In this document: positions 17,773 to 25,942 of the stretch, in pieces | Numbering within the stretch: the first letter of the stretch is position 1 | Layout: each line of letters starts with the position of its first letter | Source: an uncultured delta proteobacterium | GTDB lineage: Bacteria > Desulfobacterota > Deferrimicrobia > Deferrimicrobiales > Deferrimicrobiaceae | DNA length: 64,000 nucleotides | Direction of reading: 5' to 3' | NCBI GenBank assembly: GCA_963760885.1 | Contig: CAVXEY010000007.1 | Span: 136,883 to 200,882 of the forward strand | Made by a program: the position numbers and the translations under genes | The notes under the pieces: model-generated | The model's database searches: none | Seen by the model: the letters and a program-made list of their open reading frames with translations, nothing else | Told to the model about the DNA's origin: nothing

Positions 17773-19503
17773 ATGAAAAAAGAAGCGAGGATCGGCGTAT
17801 ACGTCTGCAATTGCGGAACCAACATCGCCAAGATGGTCGACTGCGAGGCGGTGTCCGGATTCGCATCCACGCAGCCCGGCGTGATCGCCTGCAAGTCGTA
17901 CAAGTACATGTGTTCCAACCCGGGCCAGGAAATGATCGTCAACGACATCCAGAACCTGAAACTCAACCGTGTCGTCGTCGCGGCGTGCAGTCCCCGCATG
18001 CACGAGCCGACCTTCCGCACCACTCTCGACAAGGCGGGGATCAACCCGTTCTTCCTCGAGATGGCCAACATCCGAGAGCAGTGCAGCTGGGTTCATGAAA
18101 ACCGCGAAACGGCCACGGACAAGGCGAAGGCATTGACCTGCGCGGCGATCCGCCGCGTGAAGCATCACGAACCGTTCAACAGGCAGTCCGTCCCGATGCA
18201 TCCCGCCACGCTGGTGATCGGCGGGGGCATCGCCGGCCTGACGGCCGCCCTCGAGCTCGCGGACGCCGATCAACCGGTGTACCTGGTCGAACGGGAGGAT
18301 CACCTCGGCGGCAACGTGGCCCGGATCGACCTGACGGCGCCTTATCTTTATTCCGCGCGCGACATGCTCAACGAGCGGATGACGCGCGTCCTCCGCCATC
18401 CCCGGATCACCGTCCTCCTCAACTCGGAGGTCGGGTCGATCTCGGGGTACGTGGGGAACTTCAAGGCCGTTATGAAGGGCGCGATTCCGGGCCAGGAGAT
18501 CGACGTGGGAAGCATCGTCGTCTGCACCGGCTTCCAGGAATTCGATGCGTCACGGGTTGCGCGCTTCGGGTACGGCCGGTTGCCCGACGTCATCACCTCG
18601 TTCGAGCTGGAACGGATGCTGCGCGAGGGGCGTGTCCTGACCCGGGGCGGCCACGAACCGAAGTACGTCACGCTGATCAACTGCGTCGGCAGCCGCAACG
18701 AGGAATACAACCATTACTGTTCGCGGGTCTGCTGCATGACCGCTCTGAAGTACGGGCACGAGATCCGGTCCGCGGTGCCGAATGTCTACATCCACAACCT
18801 CTACACCGACATGAACGCGTTCGGGAAGGGGTGCGAGGATTTCTACCTCCACAGCGCCGAGAGAAAAGCGATTTTCATGATGTACGGCCAGAACAACCCC
18901 CCTACGGTCGTTAATGCGAGGCCCGGGGACGGTTGCGGGTTGCTGGTTCGCGTGCATGAAATGCTCTCCGGGGAACACGTGGAGATCCCCGCCGACCTGG
19001 TCGTCCTGATGGTCGGCATGGAGGCCCGTTCCGACTCCGCACAGGTCGCGCGCCTGGTCAACATCAGCCGCGACAAGGACGGGTGGTTCATCGAAAGCCA
19101 TCCCAAGCTCGATCCGGTAGCCACCACGACCGACGGCATCTTCATCGCCGGGGTGTGCCAGGCACCGAAGGATATCCCCGAAACGGTCGCCCAGGCGCGG
19201 GCTGCCGTAGCCCGGATCCTGGGCAAAATAAGCAACGGAGAGATCGAAGTGGCGCCGGTGTTCGCCGAGATCGACGAGAACTTCTGTTCCGGCTGTCGCA
19301 TGTGCAACGAGCTGTGCCCCTACGCGGCGATCGAGTACAGCGTGGAAAAGAAGCGCAGTCACGTCATCAGTGTAATGTGCAAGGCGTGCGGAACCTGCGT
19401 CGCGGCCTGCCCGTCGGGCGCAATCAAGGGTCGACACTTCACGGATCGGGAAATCTGCGAAGAGATCGAGGGGGTGCTGGAATGGGATTCGAGCCGCGCA
19501 TAG
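17773..19503 (+). CDS. hdrA: HdrA (heterodisulfide reductase subunit A-like flavoprotein), canonical
   Basis: N-domain VYVCNCGTNI...C. FAD fold LVIGGGIAGLTAALELA. CSRVCCM. C-terminal ferredoxin CSGCRMCNELCP / CKACGTCVAACP. Confidence 0.85.
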   Translation: MKKEARIGVYVCNCGTNIAKMVDCEAVSGFASTQPGVIACKSYKYMCSNPGQEMIVNDIQNLKLNRVVVAACSPRMHEPTFRTTLDKAGINPFFLEMANIREQCSWVHENRETATDKAKALTCAAIRRVKHHEPFNRQSVPMHPATLVIGGGIAGLTAALELADADQPVYLVEREDHLGGNVARIDLTAPYLYSARDMLNERMTRVLRHPRITVLLNSEVGSISGYVGNFKAVMKGAIPGQEIDVGSIVVCTGFQEFDASRVARFGYGRLPDVITSFELERMLREGRVLTRGGHEPKYVTLINCVGSRNEEYNHYCSRVCCMTALKYGHEIRSAVPNVYIHNLYTDMNAFGKGCEDFYLHSAERKAIFMMYGQNNPPTVVNARPGDGCGLLVRVHEMLSGEHVEIPADLVVLMVGMEARSDSAQVARLVNISRDKDGWFIESHPKLDPVATTTDGIFIAGVCQAPKDIPETVAQARAAVARILGKISNGEIEVAPVFAEIDENFCSGCRMCNELCPYAAIEYSVEKKRSHVISVMCKACGTCVAACPSGAIKGRHFTDREICEEIEGVLEWDSSRA

Positions 19504-19916
19504 TAGGCTTCCTCTGCAACTGGTGCTCCTACACCGGGGCCGACCTCGCGGGGACCAGCAGGATCAAGTACCAGCCCAACGTGACTGTGATCCGGGTCAT
19601 GTGCTCCGCCAGGATCGATCCCACCTTCGTGATCAAGGCGCTGACCGCGGGCGCGGATGGCGTGCTCATCTGCGGCTGCCATCCAGGCGACTGCCACTAT
19701 GTCGAAGGAAACTACAAAACCATGCGCCGCTACCCGCTGTTGAAGCGGATGCTTCGGGACTTCGGAATCGAGGAGGAAAGGGTTCGCCTGGAATGGGTCA
19801 GCGCCAGCGAGGGGCAGCGTTTCGCCGACGTCATCAACGACATGACCGAGAAGGTCCGTGCGCTTGGCCCGAGCCGGATCCGGGTCTCGCTGGAAGCCGA
19901 CAAGGTCGCGAGGTGA
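19482..19916 (+). CDS. mvhD: MvhD (methyl-viologen-reducing hydrogenase delta subunit-like [2Fe-2S] protein)
   Basis: FLCNWCSY...ICGCHPGDCHY motif set. Overlaps the hdrA end by 22 nt. Confidence 0.85.
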   Translation: MGFEPRIVGFLCNWCSYTGADLAGTSRIKYQPNVTVIRVMCSARIDPTFVIKALTAGADGVLICGCHPGDCHYVEGNYKTMRRYPLLKRMLRDFGIEEERVRLEWVSASEGQRFADVINDMTEKVRALGPSRIRVSLEADKVAR

Positions 19917-19919
19917 GTC

Positions 19920-20883
19920 GTGGATAAGAAGAAACTACAGGTTGCACTTTACTGGGGTGCGGGATGCGGGGGCTGTGACGTGGCGGTCCTCGATACCGAC
20001 GAATTCATTCTCGAGCTTGCCGAAGTGGCCGACATCCGGTTGTGGCCCATCGCGGTGGACGCCAAGTATAAGGACGTCGAGGCGATGGCTCGACGGCGAG
20101 CTCGATCTGACGATTTTCAACGGGGCCGTCCGGAACAGCGAAAACGAGCACATCGCGAAGCTGTTGCGACGCAAGAGCAAGCTGGTGGTCGCTTTCGGTT
20201 CCTGCGCCCACCTGGGCGGGATCCCGGCGTTGGCGAACCAGACAACGAAAGAGGAGATCTTCGAGCGGGCGTACGGGAAGAATCCGTCGATCGAAGAGGG
20301 GAACACCACCGTCCCCCAGGCACATACCCGGGTGAACGGTGGCGAGCTCACGATCCCCATGTTCTACAGGCGGGTCTACAAGTTGGACGACGTGGTGGAC
20401 GTGGACCTGTATGTCCCCGGCTGCCCACCGGCCCCCGAACAGGTCAAGGCGGTGCTCAAGGCGGTGGCGAGCAACCTGCTTCCGCCGAAGGGCAGCGTGG
20501 TGGGCGCTTCGGAACGCGCGGTCTGCGACGATTGCCTGAGGAAGAAGGAAGAAAAGAAGGTCAAACGATTCTACCGGCCGTGGCAGATCATCCAGGATCC
20601 CGAACGGTGCCTGATGGAACAGGGCATCCTTTGCGCCGGATCGGCGACCCGCTCCGGGTGCGGTGTGCGCTGCCCGAACAGCAACATGCCGTGCCGCGGC
20701 TGTTACGGCCCGCTGCCCAATGTCATGGACCAGGGAGCGAAGCTTCTGAGCGCGGTGGCTTCGATCATCGACAGCAAGGATCCCGAGGAGATCGACCGGA
20801 TCCTTGACGGGATTCAGGATTTCACCGGATACGCCTACCGTTTCGGGATGGCGGGATCCCTATTGCAGAGGAGAACCGGCTGA
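19920..20883 (+). CDS. mvhG: [NiFe]-hydrogenase small subunit (MvhG-like), apparently frameshifted near 20085-20095
   Basis: N-terminus MDKKKLQVALYWGAGCGGCDVAV...KDVEAM is in frame 0. The rest (DGELDLTIFNGAVRNSENE...GSCAHLGGIP...CPPAPEQ...CRGCYGP) is in frame +1. One extra nt at ~20089. Confidence 0.7.
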
Positions 20884-22349
20884 TGGCCAGAACGATCAGC
20901 ATTGATCCCATTACGCGTCTGGAAGGGCACGGGAAGATAGAGATCTTCCTCAACGACGACGGGAGCGTGAAGGATTGCCACTTCCAGATCCCCGAACTGC
21001 GCGGTTTCGAGCGTTTCGTGGTCGGCAGGCCGGTCGAAGAACTGCCGCGCATCGTCACCCGGATCTGCGGCGTTTGCCCCGCCAGCCACCATCTGGCCGG
21101 TGCGAAAGCCGTCGACGGATGCTTCGGCGGAGAATTGCCTCCGCTGGCATTCAAACTTCGTGACATGTACTACCAGGCGCATTTCATCCACAGCCACATC
21201 GCCCACTTCTTCGCGCTGGCGGCGCCGGATTTCGTCTGCGGGCCGCAATCCGACCCGGCCCTGCGCAATATCCTCGGCGTCGTCGCCAAGGTCGGCCCGG
21301 AAATCGGCGGCAAGGTAATCAAGTCGCGGTCACAGGCCCAGAGGATCCAGCAGATCATCGGCGGCAGGAGCACGCACGTGGTGTGGGCCATTCCCGGCGG
21401 TGTGTCCAAGGGTCTCAAGGCTGAAGAGCTCGCGGAAATCAAACCGATGGTCGACGAGCTCTACGATTTCACCCTCTTCTCGATAAAGCTGTTCAAGGAC
21501 GTCGTGCTGGGCAACCCGGAATACCTGGACCTGATCCTCAACGGGCCGTACAACCTCGATATACAGAACATGGGGCTGGTGGACCGGAACAATGCGCCCA
21601 ACTTCTACGACGGCAAGGTCAGGGTGGTCGATTTCAAGGGCGAGGAAATCTGCAAATATTCGTCCAAGGAATATGCCGACAACGTGGCCGAGCACGTGGA
21701 ACCGTGGTCCTATCTGAAGTTCCCTTACCTGAAGCAGCGGGGGTGGAACGGGTTCGCCGAGGGGATCGATTCCAGCATCTACATGGCGACGCCGCTTTCG
21801 CGGCTCAACGTGGCCGACAGGATGGCGACGCCGAAGGCCCAGGAGGCGTTCGAGGAGATGTTCCAGACCTTGAAACAGAAGCCGTGCCGCGCGTTGATGG
21901 CGGCCCACTGGGCCAGGTTGGTGGAAATGGTGCAGAACGCCGAGACGCTGAAGATGTACTGCGCCGACCCGGAGATCACCGGCGACCGGTACCGGGTCGT
22001 CCCGCAAGGGATCACGGGGGAAGGCGTAGGGATCGTGGAGGCGATGCGGGGCACCCTGACGCATCACTACACTTGCGACAAGAACGGGATCTGTACCAGC
22101 GCGAACCTGATCGTCGGCACCACGAACAACAATGCGGCGATCCACATGGTTACCCGGAAGGCGGCCTCCGGACTCATCAAGCCGGGAGTCGAGCCGACCG
22201 AGGGGGTCCTGAATATGGTCGAAATGGCGTTCCGGACGTTCGATCCGTGCTTCAGCTGCGCGACGCACAGCCTTCCCGGGCAGATGCCGCTCCAGGTTAA
22301 GATCTTCAAGGGAGGCGGGCTTTATCGCGAATTCCAGCGCTGCTGTTAG
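20883..22349 (+). CDS. mvhA: [NiFe]-hydrogenase large subunit (MvhA-like, group 3)
   Basis: N-terminal RICGVCPASH (L1) and C-terminal DPCFSCATH (L2) Ni-Fe ligand motifs. The C-terminal extension is consistent with protease maturation. Confidence 0.85.
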   Translation: MARTISIDPITRLEGHGKIEIFLNDDGSVKDCHFQIPELRGFERFVVGRPVEELPRIVTRICGVCPASHHLAGAKAVDGCFGGELPPLAFKLRDMYYQAHFIHSHIAHFFALAAPDFVCGPQSDPALRNILGVVAKVGPEIGGKVIKSRSQAQRIQQIIGGRSTHVVWAIPGGVSKGLKAEELAEIKPMVDELYDFTLFSIKLFKDVVLGNPEYLDLILNGPYNLDIQNMGLVDRNNAPNFYDGKVRVVDFKGEEICKYSSKEYADNVAEHVEPWSYLKFPYLKQRGWNGFAEGIDSSIYMATPLSRLNVADRMATPKAQEAFEEMFQTLKQKPCRALMAAHWARLVEMVQNAETLKMYCADPEITGDRYRVVPQGITGEGVGIVEAMRGTLTHHYTCDKNGICTSANLIVGTTNNNAAIHMVTRKAASGLIKPGVEPTEGVLNMVEMAFRTFDPCFSCATHSLPGQMPLQVKIFKGGGLYREFQRCC

Positions 22350-22373
22350 GCGGGTGAAGGGAAGGGGCGTCGG

Positions 22374-22895
22374 GTGAAGACGTTGTTGCTCGGGATGGGG
22401 AACCCCATCCTTTCCGACGATGCGGTCGGCGTGCGGCTCGCGCGCGACATCGGGAAGCGGCTGGCAGGTACCACGGGACTCAGCACCGTGGAAGAGTGCT
22501 CGGTCGGCGGCCTCAATATCCTTGATATTGTCTCGGGTTTCGACCGCCTGATCGTGCTGGATTCGATCCGTACCGTCCGGGGAATTCCCGGGGAATGGCA
22601 TCGGTTCACGTCGGATGCGCTGCGTGGTACGATGCACTTGAACAATATACATGACGTCAACTTCGCAACGGCCCTCGAATTGGGGCGGAGGATGGGGGTG
22701 CCGCTGCCGTCCGGGGAGGATATCCACATCTTCACGGTGGAGGTGCAGGATACCGAGACGTTCAGCGAGGTGATGACCGGACTGCTCGAGCGATCGTACC
22801 CGGTGTATTTCGGGGGAATCTTGATGGAAATCGAAGAGATCCTCGCGGGAAACGATGCGGATACCGCTTATCAGGAATATGGAGGTCGAACATGA
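22374..22895 (+). CDS. hydrogenase maturation endopeptidase (HyaD/HybD/FrhD family)
   Basis: MKTLLLGMGNPILSDDAVGVR...LIVLD pattern typical of this protease family. Confidence 0.8.
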   Translation: MKTLLLGMGNPILSDDAVGVRLARDIGKRLAGTTGLSTVEECSVGGLNILDIVSGFDRLIVLDSIRTVRGIPGEWHRFTSDALRGTMHLNNIHDVNFATALELGRRMGVPLPSGEDIHIFTVEVQDTETFSEVMTGLLERSYPVYFGGILMEIEEILAGNDADTAYQEYGGRT

Positions 22896-23299
22896 CGAAT
22901 CTCCTGAATGACCAGGCCAGGGTCGAGCTTTCGGTGCTGAAAAAGTACGGCCTGCGGTACGCCATTCTGGCGGCCTGGGCCCACGAACTGCGGGATCGAG
23001 GCATTACGGATCCACCAAGTCTCTCCAAATCGTTCGAGAAGGTTCGCGTGAAGATCTCTTCCGGTTGTTTCTCGGTCTGCGATGTGGGATGCGACCTGGG
23101 ACGTATCGAGGCGATCCTCTTCTCGGCCGCTACAACCACGGGGCAGGAAACAGCAGACTCCTGGGTGGATATGCTGGGCGAATGCATGTCGGAGTATGCG
23201 AACATCGACGAGATCGAAAAGAGGATCGACGTTCAGGCGGTGAAGTTGCATTACAACCGGTTCGACTTCACCGGCGCCTGCGGCGAATGCGAAGGCTGA
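22892..23299 (+). CDS. hypothetical Cys-rich small protein co-transcribed with the hydrogenase genes
   Basis: 135-aa ORF whose start overlaps the protease stop (ATGA). Motifs CFSVCDVGCD and a C-terminal CGEC. Confidence 0.5.
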   Translation: MTNLLNDQARVELSVLKKYGLRYAILAAWAHELRDRGITDPPSLSKSFEKVRVKISSGCFSVCDVGCDLGRIEAILFSAATTTGQETADSWVDMLGECMSEYANIDEIEKRIDVQAVKLHYNRFDFTGACGECEG

Positions 23300-23324
23300 A
23301 ATCCGTCCTTGCCGCAAACAGGAA

Positions 23325-23358
23325 CCGGGGGTTCCCTCGATGGGTCCCCCCGGTTCGA
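23325..23358 (+). terminator. putative hairpin terminator after the hdr-mvh operon
   Basis: ACCGGGGG...CCCCCGGT stem followed by a weak T-tract (GATTTTG). Confidence 0.35.
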
Positions 23359-23369
23359 CGATTTTGCGG

Positions 23370-23444
23370 TGGTGGGCGCTACAGGATTTGAACCTGTGAC
23401 TTCCACCGTGTGAAGGTGGCACTCTACCGCTGAGTTAAGCGCCC
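23370..23444 (-). tRNA. tRNA-Val (anticodon CAC)
   Basis: Reverse complement GGGCGCTTAACTCAGCGGTAGAGTGCCACCTTCACACGGTGG...GGTTCAAATCCTGTAGCGCCCACCA. Cloverleaf with CAC anticodon and 3' CCA. Confidence 0.85.
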
Positions 23445-23531
23445 GAGAGACTCCTATTGTACCTTCCCGTTTCGCCGGTTCAACCGTTATTTCTCACCGT
23501 TGTTTTTTCTCGCGAACTCCGCGGGAGCGGT

Positions 23532-24294
23532 TCAGAACGAAAGCTGCGCCCCGAGGTACGGGCCGCTCAGTTTGAAGGAGACCAGCGTGTCGTCCCGGTC
23601 GATCTTCAGGTCGACGTACCGGTATCCCCCCTGGATCCGGACGAACGGCAGGGGAGCGAACGAGGCGTACGCGTCCGCGTCGTACAGGTGGTTCCCCGAG
23701 TAGGCGATCCCGGCCGCGCGGGCGTCGACACGCACCATGTCCTTCAGGAATCCTACCCCCGCCGCCGCGCCGATCATCGGGATCGGCGCCTTGAAATCCT
23801 TCGTCTCCGTCTGCAGGGTGTCCCGCAATTCCACTTTCCCGTCAACGTACTTCACCTTCAGGATCAGGCCGATGTTGAAGCCGGCGATGCCGAAGTCGGG
23901 GCGGAGGAAGTCGTACTGCACTTCCCCGTCGAGCATCTTCATGTCGAGCATGGAGATCACGTCGTCCGATGCGGAATAGGTCGTCCCGTTGAATACGACG
24001 GCCTGGGTCAGTCGCTTGTCCCCGTCGTACTTGATACTGGGTGTACCCCACTCGAAGCGTCGTGTTTCCAAACCGCAGGTACGCCTCCCCGAACGGGATA
24101 TTCTCGTCCTTCACACCCAGGGTGTCCTTGAAATCGAACCGGGTGTCACCGGTCATGTTCGTCTGCGCGCTCCCGGTCAGTTTGGGGAACCAGTACGCCC
24201 CGCGGGCTCCCACCTCGAATCCCGAAGCCGCAAACGCGCTCCCCGCCATGAGAAAGACACCCGCCACCGTCGCAACCTTGAGAATCCGTCGCAT
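23532..24294 (-). CDS. outer-membrane beta-barrel protein (OmpW/OmpA-like), apparently frameshifted near 24040-24071
   Basis: Signal peptide MRRILKVATVAGVFLMAGSAFA, alternating beta-strand pattern and a C-terminal ...AQLSF. The N- and C-terminal parts lie in different frames. RBS AAGGAG. Confidence 0.6.
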
Positions 24295-24377
24295 AATGAA
24301 CTCCTTTCCCCATTCGTGCGAATCCCCAATTGGTGTATTATCGGCAGGAAAGGCAGGAAACCTTACGATCAAAGGAC

Positions 24378-24473
24378 GGAAGCGGATGGGGCGCTGGTGG
24401 CCCCCCCGGACTTCAAATCCGGTCGGGAGGCGGAAACGTCTCCGGTGGGTTCGATTCCCTCACGCTTCCGCCA
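24378..24473 (+). tRNA. selC: tRNA-Sec-like (anticodon UCA, long variable arm, ~96 nt)
   Basis: GGAAGCGG...CCGGACTTCAAATCCGG...(long extra arm)...GGGTTCGATTCCC...CGCTTCCGCCA. The anticodon loop CTTCAAA gives a TCA anticodon. The acceptor stem is 7 bp plus a G.A pair, which is not ideal for a bacterial Sec tRNA. Confidence 0.7.
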
Positions 24474-25030
24474 TTCTTTTGCGAGTACCTGCACCCGCAA
24501 TACCGCTGGCGGTAGAGCCCCATCTCCCTGCTGGCGCGGACGCTTTTCAGGTACCCGTCCCCCTTTTTCAGGTCCGCCGCGACGAATCGGACCCCGGCAT
24601 GCTCCTCCTCCTCGCGTCCCACGCGGTTCACCATCGCGGCGTCTTTCTTCGGGCTGACGGTCAGCACCGTGCCGAAGGCGGGCATCCCGAGTTCCGCCGC
24701 TTTTTTCGCGGTCTCCCGAAGGCGGAGCCGGACGCACGCCTCGCACCGGCGTCCACGCTCGGGTTCGCCTTCCATCCCCCGGGCGGCGGCTTCCCACGCC
24801 TCCTCGCCGCCGGCGCCGACCACCAGGGGGAAGGGGTCTTTTTCCCGCAGGTCGAGGGTCGCATGGAGCCGTTTCCGGAATTCTTCCCGGGAATCGATGT
24901 TTGGGTTATAAAAGAAGCCGGTGACGTCGAACCGGTCCCGCAGCGCGCGAACGCCGTACGAGGCGTCGGGGGCGCAGCAGATGTGGACCAGCACTTCCGT
25001 GCCCGACGGGATGTCGCAAAGGAGATGCAC
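24413..25030 (-). CDS. queH: epoxyqueuosine reductase QueH (DUF208 family)
   Basis: HICCAPDASY, FFYNPNI and YCGCRYS motifs characteristic of QueH. The 3' 60 nt overlap the tRNA-Sec-like gene. Confidence 0.65.
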   Translation of the reverse strand: MHLLCDIPSGTEVLVHICCAPDASYGVRALRDRFDVTGFFYNPNIDSREEFRKRLHATLDLREKDPFPLVVGAGGEEAWEAAARGMEGEPERGRRCEACVRLRLRETAKKAAELGMPAFGTVLTVSPKKDAAMVNRVGREEEEHAGVRFVAADLKKGDGYLKSVRASREMGLYRQRYCGCRYSQKNGGSVRESNPPETFPPPDRI

Positions 25031-25222
25031 GACGGAACCCGCCCCCCCTGTCGGTGATCTTACAGGGGATAGTTAACCGAATTTTTTCCCGGAGGGGAAG
25101 GAGAGATTCCAACGGTACCGATCCTGCTGTTTCTGGCCACCTTCGTCACGACGCTGTTCGCCGGGTCGTTCCTTGCCGGGGGGAACCCGCTGGTACGCCC
25201 CGCGGACCTTCTCCTCGGCCTC

Positions 25223-25942
25223 ATGTTCAACGTCCCGTTGCTGTCGATCCTCGGGGTGCACGAGATGGGGCACTACACGGCGGCCCGGCATCACCGGGTC
25301 GACGTGACCCCGCCGTACTTCCTTCCGTTCGTGCCGTTCCCTCCCCCGGCTCCCGGCACGATGGGGGCCATCATCAAGCTGAAATCCCCCTTCCCGGACC
25401 GCAACGCCCTGATGGACCTCGGCGCCGCGGGCCCCCTGGCCGGAGCCCTGGTCGCCATCCCGGTGCTGGTCGCGGGTCTTGCCCTTTCGGAGGTCCGGCG
25501 CTCGACGGGCGGTGTCGGGTTGGAGCTCGGAGAGCCGCTTCTGTTCAAGCTCCTCTCGAAGGCCGTTCTCGGCGACGTCCCTGTGGGGTACGACGTGGCC
25601 CTCCATCCGGTCGCGTATGCGGGTTGGCTCGGGCTCTTCATCACGATGCTGAACCTGATCCCCGCCGGTCAGCTCGACGGCGGGCACATCGCCTACGCTC
25701 TCTTCGGAGATCGGTTCTCCGAAATCGCGCGGCTGGTCCCGTATGCGCTTCTGCTGATGGGCCTGGCGTGGACCGGTTGGTATATCTGGGCCGCTTTTCT
25801 CTTTTTCCTCGGTACGCGGCATCCGAAACCGATGTTTGACAACGTGCCTCTGACACGGGCACGCGTCTTCCTCGGCATCTGCTCCGCCCTGCTGTACATC
25901 CTTTGCTTCACCTTGAACCCGTTTCGCATGCTTGGGGGCTAA
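25223..25942 (+). CDS. site-2 protease family (peptidase M50) membrane metalloprotease. The true start is probably upstream, since the frame is open from 25073.
   Basis: HEMGHY zinc motif and multiple TM helices. An upstream in-frame TM segment (TVPILLFLATFVTTLFAG) and RBS GGAGGGGAAGGAGA at 25091-25104 have no canonical start codon after them. Confidence 0.7.
   Translation: MFNVPLLSILGVHEMGHYTAARHHRVDVTPPYFLPFVPFPPPAPGTMGAIIKLKSPFPDRNALMDLGAAGPLAGALVAIPVLVAGLALSEVRRSTGGVGLELGEPLLFKLLSKAVLGDVPVGYDVALHPVAYAGWLGLFITMLNLIPAGQLDGGHIAYALFGDRFSEIARLVPYALLLMGLAWTGWYIWAAFLFFLGTRHPKPMFDNVPLTRARVFLGICSALLYILCFTLNPFRMLGG

Noticed and set aside
19083-19916. 277-aa ORF reported for the mvhD region
   Set aside because: Only the last 144 aa (from MGFEPRIVGFLCNWCSY) match MvhD. 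The upstream part overlaps the hdrA 3' end in another frame and is Arg/Gly-rich noise.
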